Shown here: positions 19,188 through 29,464 of the stretch, piece by piece
Numbering within the stretch: the first letter of the stretch is position 1
Layout of the letters: each line of letters begins with the position of its first letter
DNA from: Bythopirellula sp.
Lineage (GTDB): Bacteria; Planctomycetota; Planctomycetia; Pirellulales; Lacipirellulaceae
Reading direction: 5' to 3'
Length of the DNA: 64,000 nt
Assembly (NCBI GenBank): GCA_965216565.1
Contig: OZ244170.1
Location: 1,728,001 to 1,792,000, forward strand
Made by a program: the position numbers and the translations under genes
Notes under the pieces: model-generated
What the model saw: only the letters and a program-made list of their open reading frames with translations
Database searches by the model: none
What the model was told of the DNA's origin: nothing

Positions 19188-20018
19188 CTAAGCCGTTTGG
19201 GCCGCCTTGATTTGTTCGAGCAACCGGCCCGGCGAGCCCATGGCATTGTAACCACCGTCCAAGTGCATTATTTCGCCAGTGATGCCCGACGACATTTCGG
19301 AGAGCAAAAACACACCGCTCTTGCCTGCTTCCTCGTGCGTAATGTTTCTCCCCAAGGGTGCCATGGCTTCGTACAAACCTAGCATCTCGTCGACTCCTGC
19401 GCCCCGACCCGAGATTGTTTGCAAAGGCCCTGCGCTTAGTGCATTCACTCGGATGTTTTTCGGGCCGAGATCATAGGCGAGGTATTTCACAACCGAATCG
19501 AGCGCTGCCTTGCAAACGCCCATCACGTTATACCCAGGCACCGCCTTCTCGCCGCCGAAGTAGGTGAGCGTTAGGATGCTGGCATTATCGCTCATAATAT
19601 CTTTCGCTGCATTGGTCAGTGCAATGAGGCTATAGGCACTGATTTCCATTGCTAGCTTAAAGCCGTCGCGACTAGTCTCAACCGTATCTTTCTTGAGATC
19701 ATCAGGCTGAGCATAAGCAATCGAGTGCAGGAGAAAATCGAGTTGCCCCAATTCCTCGCGACTGCGCCGCATCAATGCACCGATGTGCTCGTCGTTGGTC
19801 ACGTCCATGGGCTGCAGGAACTTCGCCTGGCTGTTGCCATCGGTGAGTTTCTTAATGCGACCCAGGTTCTTTTGACGCTTATCGTCTGGCTTGTCTGGCA
19901 TGTAAGAAAACCCGCACTCGCCGCCTTCCTGCATGATTCGATCGGCGATCGCCCAAGCGATGGATTGCTTGTTGAAAACTCCGGTGATCAGCCCTTTTTT
20001 GCCAGCAAACATACCCAT
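19188..20018 (-). CDS. fabI: Enoyl-ACP reductase
   Basis: GKKGLITGVFNKQSIAWAIA, LHSIAYA, ISAYSL, YNVMGVCKAAL, RVNALSAGP. Confidence 0.95.
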   Translation of the reverse strand: MGMFAGKKGLITGVFNKQSIAWAIADRIMQEGGECGFSYMPDKPDDKRQKNLGRIKKLTDGNSQAKFLQPMDVTNDEHIGALMRRSREELGQLDFLLHSIAYAQPDDLKKDTVETSRDGFKLAMEISAYSLIALTNAAKDIMSDNASILTLTYFGGEKAVPGYNVMGVCKAALDSVVKYLAYDLGPKNIRVNALSAGPLQTISGRGAGVDEMLGLYEAMAPLGRNITHEEAGKSGVFLLSEMSSGITGEIMHLDGGYNAMGSPGRLLEQIKAAQTA

Positions 20019-20333
20019 CAGTGACTCCTTGTGTGGTTGGGACATCCGATTTCCTCGGATCAAGCAGAATACCAACTGGTTGGATGTCTCGAATAGGGCT
20101 CGAGTTCTCTAGACCCGCTATTGCCCGCAAGAAGAGGAATATAGCCGCGCAAAAGGCCTACATCCAAGGGACTATTCATATTGACTACACTATAGAATCC
20201 CAGAATGTCGAATATAGGACTACACAAATTTGTCCTTTATGGTATCATTTAGATTGTAACACCAGATCTCATAGATGACGAAATCGCTTCTAGCACTCAC
20301 AATTTGATCTTCCCGGGGAGCAGGAACGCCCAA

Positions 20334-22235
<1,902 letters not shown>

Positions 22236-22347
22236 ACGAATTTCGCGTTCAATGCTGTTTCCCTACCTGCCGACTGTTCAAGCTTCGTCGTGTTTCTGGT
22301 ATTCTCGCAACCTCTCTTTGCGATCACAACAGCTTCAGGATTCCACC

Positions 22348-23586
22348 ATGCGCCTCCATTCTCTTATCCTGTTAGGTACTATCCTAGCGAACCCCACTCA
22401 GACCCTTGCCCAAGAGGTCAATGAAACACCTCTTACGGAAGTTCGCATTGTCAAAACATTCGAAAACCTTCGTTGGCCCGATTGGATCAATGGCACGCAG
22501 ACCGGCAAGCCCCTCGATCCTCGACCTATTGAAATCAAAGGTTGCGGCGATGGTTCAGGACGCTTGTTCGTCGCCACCCAGTACGGCACGATCTATTCCT
22601 TCGAGAATTCTGCCGATGCAACCGAGCTAAAACTGCTGCTCGATATTCGCGATCGGGTCATGCCGTTCAAGACCAAAGAAAACGAGGAGGGCTTTCTCGG
22701 CTTAGCCTTCCACCCCAACTTCAAGGAAAACGGCGAGCTTTTCGTCTGCTACACATGTGGTCCCGATGGCAGTTTGCCGCATCGATCTCATGTATCTCGG
22801 TTTCGCATGCGAAAAGACGACCCATCTCGCGCCGATCCTAATAGTGAGGAAGTTCTACTCGAGATCAGGCAACCGTTTTGGAATCACAATGGGGGCTCGG
22901 TGGTGTTTGGCCCCGACGGATTTCTCTACATTGCCCTCGGCGATGGCGGATTCGCAAACGATCCGCAAATGAACGGCCAGAACTTGAATACCCTGCTTGG
23001 CAAGCTGTTGCGCATTGATGTCGATCGACAAGAAGGGTCGCTTCCCTACGCCATCCCAGCCGATAACCCTTTCGTAGGTCACAAGGGCTTCGCGCGTCCC
23101 GAAATCTGGGCCTATGGGCTTCGCAACGTTTGGCGGCCAACCTTCGATCGGAAAACCGGTACCCTCTGGGCGGCCGACGTCGGGCAAAACCTATGGGAAG
23201 AAATCAACATCATCCAACGCGGTGGCAACTACGGCTGGAACCTCCGCGAAGGTCGCCATCCCTTCGGTCCGGGTGGCTTTGCTGAATCGCCCGAAATGAT
23301 CGAACCCATCTGGGAATATCCACACGAAGTGGGTAAATCAATCACCGGCGGACACGTATATCGGGGCAGCAAGGTGCCCGCGCTACAGGGGTGCTACCTG
23401 TATGGCGATTATGTCACCGGTCAAGTGTGGGCTTTGAAGTACGACGCTGAGAAAAATCAAGTCGTCTCAAATCGAACGATTCGCGAAAAAGGCAGTCCCC
23501 TGATTTCCTTCGGAGAAGACGATCAAGGCGAAGTTTACTTCACCAGCGAGCGAGACATCTTTACGATTGAGATGGCAAAGAACTAG
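22348..23586 (+). CDS. PQQ-dependent glucose/sorbosone dehydrogenase family (GSDH)
   Basis: Signal peptide; EEGFLGLAFHP, NHNGG...FGPDG.LYIALGDGG, GLRNVW, GGNYGW. Confidence 0.92.
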   Translation: MRLHSLILLGTILANPTQTLAQEVNETPLTEVRIVKTFENLRWPDWINGTQTGKPLDPRPIEIKGCGDGSGRLFVATQYGTIYSFENSADATELKLLLDIRDRVMPFKTKENEEGFLGLAFHPNFKENGELFVCYTCGPDGSLPHRSHVSRFRMRKDDPSRADPNSEEVLLEIRQPFWNHNGGSVVFGPDGFLYIALGDGGFANDPQMNGQNLNTLLGKLLRIDVDRQEGSLPYAIPADNPFVGHKGFARPEIWAYGLRNVWRPTFDRKTGTLWAADVGQNLWEEINIIQRGGNYGWNLREGRHPFGPGGFAESPEMIEPIWEYPHEVGKSITGGHVYRGSKVPALQGCYLYGDYVTGQVWALKYDAEKNQVVSNRTIREKGSPLISFGEDDQGEVYFTSERDIFTIEMAKN

Positions 23587-23615
23587 CTGTGCCTTACTCG
23601 TTAATGCGCATAAAG

Positions 23616-23645
23616 AGCTCCCTCGCTTATCGAAACGAGGGAGCT
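23616..23645. terminator. Hairpin between convergent genes, probable terminator
   Basis: AGCTCCCTCG-N10-CGAGGGAGCT, perfect 10-bp stem. Confidence 0.55.
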
Positions 23646-23691
23646 GAATGGTCAAACGTTTATCGTGACTCGATGATTCTCTGCAGCGCTA

Positions 23692-24036
23692 TTACCACTT
23701 CTTGTGAGGGCGTGGCGACCAGTGCTTCTTGCCCACGCGGTGGCGAAACTTCTTCACGTGCTTGTGGAATTTCTTCACCCAGATGTGGAACTTGCGGATC
23801 GACTTGTGCAGCCGATGCACTCCCTTGAAGTGATGGCCATGACCTCCCCGGCTAAAGCCACTTCCTCGAACTTGCGCGGCCTCGGCGTCGGTCATCACTT
23901 GAATCCCCGAGAGCCCCATCTGCGAAAGCAACTCTTGGCTTGGTAGGCCCGACTCGGCTTGGGCTTGTGTTGCCCCGGTCGTCATCACCATTCCAACGAC
24001 CAACATCATTCCAACCATCGGCGCGGCTACTCTCAT
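23692..24036 (-). CDS. Small secreted protein (114 aa): signal peptide, acidic leader, His/Lys-rich cationic amphipathic tail
   Basis: ATG 24036 with GAGGGG RBS; signal peptide ending AQA; MTDAEAAQVRG; heptads RKFHIWV-KKFHKHV-KKFRHRV. Confidence 0.75.
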   Translation of the reverse strand: MRVAAPMVGMMLVVGMVMTTGATQAQAESGLPSQELLSQMGLSGIQVMTDAEAAQVRGSGFSRGGHGHHFKGVHRLHKSIRKFHIWVKKFHKHVKKFRHRVGKKHWSPRPHKKW

Positions 24037-24267
24037 GGTTCTTCCCCTCAATAAATAGAACAGCTGAAAATGAAAAGGACGGCCTCGCCAAGTCACACTT
24101 GAACGGGACGCACTAAACGGTGCAGATTTAGCAAATTGGCCAATCCACTTACAATCACCAAATCCCCACTAGCGCCGAAATTCAACCACAGTGGTGGCTA
24201 TTCGTCAACTCTGTACAGATAAACAGGCCCTGAGAAGAACTCAGAGCTTAACCGACAATTGCTGGGA

Positions 24268-24304
24268 GACAGGATGACTGGATTTTCAGGATGAACAGGA
24301 TGAC
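24268..24304. repeat. Short ~9-bp periodic repeat (ACAGGATGA-type)
   Basis: gacaggatga ctggatttt caggatga acaggatgac. Confidence 0.6.
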
Positions 24305-24366
24305 TTGTCGAAGAAGAGAGAAGAATGCTGATCGCAAGCACGTAGAACCAGAACGCGGTGTTTGCG

Positions 24367-24806
24367 AGTCGAAAAACAGGGACTGGCTCGACGCTCGAAT
24401 CCAGTTTGAACCCGCAGCGCACTCAGCGTCGTCGTGCCTGTCACCGTGTTCGGCAGTCGAAAAACAGGGACTGGCTCGACGCTCGAATCTAGTTTGAACC
24501 CGCAGCGCACACAGCGTCGTCGTGCCTGTCACCGTATTCGGCAGTCGAAAAACAGGGACTGGCTCGACGCTCGAATCCAGTTTGAACCCACAGCGCACAC
24601 AGCGTCGTCGTGCCTATCACCGTGTTCGGCAGTCGAAAAACAGGGACTGGCTCGACGCTCGAATCCAGTTTGGACCCGCAGCGCACACAGCGTCGTCGTG
24701 CCTGTCACCGTGTTCGGCAGTCGAAAAACAGGGACTGGCTCGACGCTCGAATCCAGTTTGAACCCACAGCGCACACAGCGTCGTCGTGCCTGTCCCTATT
24801 TTTCGA
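24367..24806. repeat. Tandem array of five 88-bp REP-like palindromic units
   Basis: AGTCGAAAAACAGGGACTGGCTCGACG starts at 24367, 24455, 24543, 24631 and 24719; each unit ends with the imperfect inverse CGTCGTGCCTGTC(A/C)C... Confidence 0.95.
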
Positions 24807-24827
24807 CGGACCATCGCTTAAAGCTAA

Positions 24828-24925
24828 GGAATCGAGGAAAAATAGCTTCGGAATTTTTTTTCCCCTCACCTTGCCTCTCCCCGTAGGGGCGAGGGACTAA
24901 GGGAACGTTATTTTTCCTCGATTCC
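24828..24925. mobile_element. MITE-like element: 17-bp perfect TIRs, TAA on both flanks, internal CCCTC-type hairpin
   Basis: GGAATCGAGGAAAAATA (24828-24844) / TATTTTTCCTCGATTCC (24909-24925); TAA at 24825-27 and 24926-28; core CCCTCACCTTGCCTCTCCCCGTAGGGGCGAGGG. Confidence 0.6.
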
Positions 24926-26403
24926 TAAGCAGTGCGGATGGCTTGTTCCACCTGGCGAATGGCTTCTTCCACGGGGCAAGATTGGTCGGCGATCTTGAGC
25001 GCCTCGCCCTTACTAACCATGCCCTCGATTTTTTTGTGGGCAGAAATCACCGTGCTATGGCTGCGACGGCCGAAGTACTCGCCGATTTCACCGAGAGCGG
25101 CACGCGTGTATTTGCGAGCCAACCACATGGCCAGCATCCGCGGCTCGGTCACGCTGCGAGATTTGCGAGCCGACTTCAAATTGGCCGGTTCCATGCCAAA
25201 CACTTTGCAAACCGCTCGCTGAATATCTGCCAGGCGTACCACGGGAGAATTCTGTTGCGCGAACTCCGCCATGGTGGTGCGTGCGAGTTCAGCGGATATT
25301 TTCCGTCCCTCCGCCTGGCTGGTGGCGAGTAGTCGATTGAGCGCTCCCTGGATTTGCCGTGCGCTGGCCGTGGCTTGCGTGGCGACAATCGCCTGTACCT
25401 CGTCGTCGAGCCTCATGTTCAGCCGCGTGCATAACTGCTTGACCAAACCCAATCGCGTGGCATAGTCGGGCGATTGCAGCGGAATTGCCAGGCCACCAGA
25501 GATTCGGGTGACGAGCTCCGTGCTCAAACTCTGCAAGTCGCCGGGACTCCGGTCGCAGGTAAGCACTACCTGTTTGCCCCGTTCGTGGAGCGTATCGATC
25601 GTATACAACAACTCTTCCAGCGTGGCGCGTTTGTTCACCAAGAACTGAATATCGTCGACCAGCAAGACATCGATCGTTCGATATTTCTGTCGAAAGCCCG
25701 GCAAGGCGCGACGTTCCAGACAAGAAAGAAACTCGCCCGTGAATTGCTCGGCCGTGAGCCGCAAACAGCGCACATTGCCCGGCCCCTGTCGCACTTTCCG
25801 GACCAAGGCGTACTGCAAATGCGTCTTGCCAACCCCGGGAGGACCGAACAGTAGGAGAGGTCCGTACTGTCCGGGGTTCTCTGCAATCGACTGCGTCGTG
25901 CGATAAGCAAGTTCATTCCCGCCACCGACCACGAAATTGTGAAAGCTAGAAGTAGCACTCGGGGCGGTGGATGGCTTTTTCTCTCTCTGGCTGCTCGCAG
26001 ACTTTCGCTGCGGAGACGTTTTTGCAGGCGTCACAGATGGCGAGCTAGAGGGCATTGGCAACGTGGCAGGGGCTTGGGACTCAGACTCGGCATCGGGCCC
26101 AGAGGCTGCGTCTCTCTCGGGTGCAGGGTCGGTCTCGGGACGTTTTTCCTGACAAAGCTGCGGATCGACAACGAAATCCAGGGCGAGTTGCCGTCCCCAA
26201 ACTGCCTCCGTGCAGTTCTTTAGGGTATCGCTCAGACGGCGGCGGAGCCACTGCTGTTGAAATTTCGAGGGGCAGCCGACGGTTAGTTTGCTTTCCTGCA
26301 GGGAAAAAGAGGTTTGCGAGCCAATTAACAGGTCGAATCGCTCCTCGCCCAATCGGCGGAGTAATTCGGCTCGCAATGCGGACTGCCTGTCCAAACCTTC
26401 CAT
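24925..26403 (-). CDS. dnaA: Chromosomal replication initiator DnaA (planctomycete paralog type)
   Basis: SFHNFVVG..NELA, Walker A GPPGVGKTHL, Walker B LLVDDIQFL, RQIQGALNRL, domain IV PRMLAMWLARKYT...IGEYFGRRSHSTV. Confidence 0.92.
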   Translation of the reverse strand: MEGLDRQSALRAELLRRLGEERFDLLIGSQTSFSLQESKLTVGCPSKFQQQWLRRRLSDTLKNCTEAVWGRQLALDFVVDPQLCQEKRPETDPAPERDAASGPDAESESQAPATLPMPSSSPSVTPAKTSPQRKSASSQREKKPSTAPSATSSFHNFVVGGGNELAYRTTQSIAENPGQYGPLLLFGPPGVGKTHLQYALVRKVRQGPGNVRCLRLTAEQFTGEFLSCLERRALPGFRQKYRTIDVLLVDDIQFLVNKRATLEELLYTIDTLHERGKQVVLTCDRSPGDLQSLSTELVTRISGGLAIPLQSPDYATRLGLVKQLCTRLNMRLDDEVQAIVATQATASARQIQGALNRLLATSQAEGRKISAELARTTMAEFAQQNSPVVRLADIQRAVCKVFGMEPANLKSARKSRSVTEPRMLAMWLARKYTRAALGEIGEYFGRRSHSTVISAHKKIEGMVSKGEALKIADQSCPVEEAIRQVEQAIRTA

Positions 26404-26520
26404 GTCGACTTCCCAAGTCTAGGAGGTAACACACCGCTACTGCCCGCTGCCAGTTGGTCGGCCCTGCGATTAGTGGCAACCCCTGCGGATTGCCTTCGCT
26501 CCCTGACCCACTGTTAGCTC

Positions 26521-26625
26521 TGGGAACGACTCAAAAGTAACTTCTCCTCTTGTCCCTCTCCCCTGAGGGGAGAGGCTAGGTGAGGGGTTCAAAAAACCCC
26601 CGAAGTTACTTTTGAGTCGTTCCCA
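26521..26625. repeat. 105-bp palindromic element: 24-bp perfect IR enclosing a CCCTCTCCC...GGGAGAGG...GGGTGAGGGG hairpin
   Basis: TGGGAACGACTCAAAAGTAACTTC (26521-26544) / GAAGTTACTTTTGAGTCGTTCCCA (26602-26625). Confidence 0.85.
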
Positions 26626-26879
26626 CGTGGCGTGTCCCTATATATTCACGCTTCCTGACGGAAACCCGTGCTCTTGCCCACTTAAATCGCAATTCTTAAC
26701 TCGTTGTTGCGGTGCCCGTATTGGTCACTCGCAAGAGGCGATTCTAAGAGTGCTAGCAGAGGTCAGCCACCCCTTGACTTCACAGAGAAAAATCGCATTC
26801 CCCATCACCAACAACAAAACACGACAAACACAGTAGTGCCGAGAGTGGCTCGCAAGAAAAAATTTTCTAACCCATGTCC

Positions 26880-27340
26880 CGCGCGTTGTGGAAAAACTGT
26901 TCTGTCCAAAAAGAACTTTGCCACACTGCAACTTGAAGCTTGAAAACTCGTCAAAGTCGGCACGCTTAGAACTTGTGGTGCGTAAGTTCAATTTCACGCC
27001 CCTTCATTTTGTGGTGAGTGTACATGGGTCTAGCAAAAGTGGAAGGAGATGGGGGGATCGTTGGGCATGGCGGTATGCTGAAGGATGGGTCTCGCGGTCG
27101 TTTCGACTCGGCCCTCGAGTCAAGCCCTCAGTCTTGTGCCAATTGCTGATTCTGAGTCACACAACAACTTGTGGAATCAGAAAACGCCGCACACAAATTG
27201 GGCGATTGCCAGTTTTCTATTCTTGTGTGACCCATGAACGCGTAGCACAAGATATGGCACCCACATTGGACGGCGTTTCGAGTTCCCCGGGATAAACGTG
27301 TTCGTCGCTTAAAAAAATTGAAGCGAATTTCAATTTGCGC
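26880..27340. promoter_or_regulatory. Candidate DnaA-binding / oriC-like region upstream of dnaA
   Basis: TGTGGAAAA (26887-95) fits TGTGNAWAA; TTTGCCACA at 26917-25; nine TTGTG/CACAA motifs in 26886-27250; AT-rich tract near 27308-27336. Confidence 0.4.
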
Positions 27341-27510
27341 GGCCCAATTGCCAGTTGCATTAATCTAGCTGCTTCAATCTATCAGAGGGCCAGGGAAATC
27401 TCAGTCTCTATTCTTGGTCGTCAGGTCTTAGTCTTCAGGGGCAATGGTGAGTCAACAATCTGTCATTCCGAGCTCGGCCGAGGAATCTACGTTACGCCAG
27501 CAATGGCGAA

Positions 27511-28425
27511 TCACTTCTCGAGCTCCGGCCTCATTCGGGCATACACGCGACGCCGGTCCCAAGAGACCATCCCTGCGGCTTGATAAAGTGCCAGCGCCGG
27601 TGCATTCCGCTCGTCGGCAGCCAACACCAGCCGTTCCGCATGGGCCTGCTTGGCCTGGGAGATTGCAAACTGAAGAGTCCGCTGGCCAAACTGTTGACCT
27701 CGCGCCGCAGGAACGACCCCCATATAGATCAGTTCCCAGGTGCGGTTCGTGGCGTACTCCGTTAACAGCAGCACACCGACATCGCGATCGTCGTGCTGAA
27801 TTAGAAACCAACGTTCTGGTGAAAAATCTCCTTGCGATTGGTAACTTGCCAGGATGTCTTCCACGCGGCGCAGATTGTTCACCTCGGGACAGTCCTGCGT
27901 TTGCTCGTAGGAATCCAGCAAAACGGTCCCCAACCGCTCAGGATGGTCACTGGCCCCGGGCACGAACTTCAACGACTCGTCCGGCACCAGTTCGGGAAAT
28001 TGCGTGGACTCGAGCGTGAGATACACCAAATCGGCAAGCACTTGAAATCCCCCCAAGCCAAGTAGCTTCTCGTCCTGGGGAGCCTGGGGACTAATCAACA
28101 TTTGCGTCAAAGGAACCTGCCGCTGGTCGATGAATTTGGCGGCCTGTTTCATCAAATAGGCCGAGGCGGCACCCCCAACCGACGGTGGCCACAGCACAGC
28201 CGTGCGGCCCGGCGCCAACTGGACCCAAACGCCCTCCTCGATCTCCTGCCCACTCTTCGCTACAAACAAACCGGCAAAGGCATCGTCCCCCTGGCTGCGG
28301 ACAGAATCAAGTGCCGCGGGGAAGGCAGTTTGTTGATCGGTGGAAAGCCCAGCATGCAAACGGCGGAGGGCCTGCGCACGTTGGGCGGCAGAGCAGGGTT
28401 CGATCAAGAGATCCGGGGCAGACAT
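27511..28425 (-). CDS. Tandem GNAT acetyltransferase (MshD-like architecture)
   Basis: YMGVVPAARGQQFG acetyl-CoA motif; LAADERNAPALALY..AG. Confidence 0.85.
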   Translation of the reverse strand: MSAPDLLIEPCSAAQRAQALRRLHAGLSTDQQTAFPAALDSVRSQGDDAFAGLFVAKSGQEIEEGVWVQLAPGRTAVLWPPSVGGAASAYLMKQAAKFIDQRQVPLTQMLISPQAPQDEKLLGLGGFQVLADLVYLTLESTQFPELVPDESLKFVPGASDHPERLGTVLLDSYEQTQDCPEVNNLRRVEDILASYQSQGDFSPERWFLIQHDDRDVGVLLLTEYATNRTWELIYMGVVPAARGQQFGQRTLQFAISQAKQAHAERLVLAADERNAPALALYQAAGMVSWDRRRVYARMRPELEK

Positions 28426-28452
28426 GCTCCCCAGAATAGCCCATTGCAGGAC

Positions 28453-29283
28453 TTACCAGAAGCGACCGCGGCGATCGAGGTTTTCCACCTGCTTTTTCGG
28501 CACACGGCTCCGAGGCGTGTAGGCCTGTACAGAATCGGAGCCCGCTTGCGGTTTCGCCGGTGCCTCCCGCTCGACGACCGCCTGAGTGGACTGCTGGACG
28601 GGGATTGGCTGCACAGCGGACGGCAGGATGCCGCCGGCAAGCTGCTGATTCGGTAGCGGCGTGCTGGTACCCGGTCTTTGTAGCTGGAGATCGATCGAAA
28701 AACTGTCGTACGGATCATCAGCCATAATCACCGGGGACGGTCGCAGCCGGAGCTCGCCAAACACCTTGTCGCCACTCTTAAGCTGATACAGCCGCTGACC
28801 TGCGATCGGCGTCGCCTGCCGTTGTAGCCCAAATTGCTGCGTCGCTAGTTGCTCCAACTGCGTTGTATTCCCAGTCCGACCAACCAGGGCGATCCGCTGG
28901 ACCAATCCCTGCTCGTCGAAATAGTAGGTCAACGAGCCTGCCACATCGGCAAGCGAGGTCCCCGTCACCAGCGGCACCCGCACGCCATAGAGATCCAGCT
29001 CCGACAGTGCCGTCGTCTTCCGATCCCATCGCTGATAGACCCACCCCTTAGAAACGTTGAAATTCAAGGCCTGCTGCAGCGGAATCGTCTGTTGCCGAGC
29101 CCTCGGTCCAAACCCAGCCGCACCCGGTGCCAGGGAACCATCCGCAGAGCGGCTCATTCTCGTGGGTGCCGTGCCTGACGCACCATCTTGCTTCCAAATC
29201 GAATCGAGATCAGGGCCATTGGTGGCGGCGTAGGGAACCCCTACCGCGGCGGCTAATAGCAATGGGGCACCTAGCATTCGCAT
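28453..29283 (-). CDS. Planctomycete-type hypothetical exported/membrane-anchored protein
   Basis: N-terminal hydrophobic LLLAAAVGVPY; globular core (RVPLVTGT...DVAGSLTYYF); long ORF. Confidence 0.65.
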   Translation of the reverse strand: MRMLGAPLLLAAAVGVPYAATNGPDLDSIWKQDGASGTAPTRMSRSADGSLAPGAAGFGPRARQQTIPLQQALNFNVSKGWVYQRWDRKTTALSELDLYGVRVPLVTGTSLADVAGSLTYYFDEQGLVQRIALVGRTGNTTQLEQLATQQFGLQRQATPIAGQRLYQLKSGDKVFGELRLRPSPVIMADDPYDSFSIDLQLQRPGTSTPLPNQQLAGGILPSAVQPIPVQQSTQAVVEREAPAKPQAGSDSVQAYTPRSRVPKKQVENLDRRGRFW

Positions 29284-29464
29284 AAACTCACCTGTACCGA
29301 CCGACTGGGGTCGAGCTTGTATTTTCGATACATTGGGGGATCGGGCACTGGAAGTCGGGCCGCTGGGCGACTACCGCGCCTACAGTTCTATTTTCGACCG
29401 ATCGAGCCCTCCCAGATTGGTGACAGCCATAGGGTGCCGATCGTAGGGAGAACAAGGCTGCGTT

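Noticed and set aside
24367..24806. CRISPR array
   Set aside because: The would-be spacers are near-identical between units, the whole 88-bp unit is repeated, and no cas gene or leader is present.
24198..24900. Multiple short ORFs with repeated peptides (MRCGFKLDSS..., MPVTVFGSRK...)
   Set aside because: They are translations of the 88-bp DNA repeat in shifting frames (88 is not a multiple of 3), with no RBS or protein-like features.
26612..27295. ORFs of 74-135 aa upstream of dnaA
   Set aside because: They overlap on both strands, lack recognisable motifs or RBS, and fall in an AT-richer region that looks regulatory.
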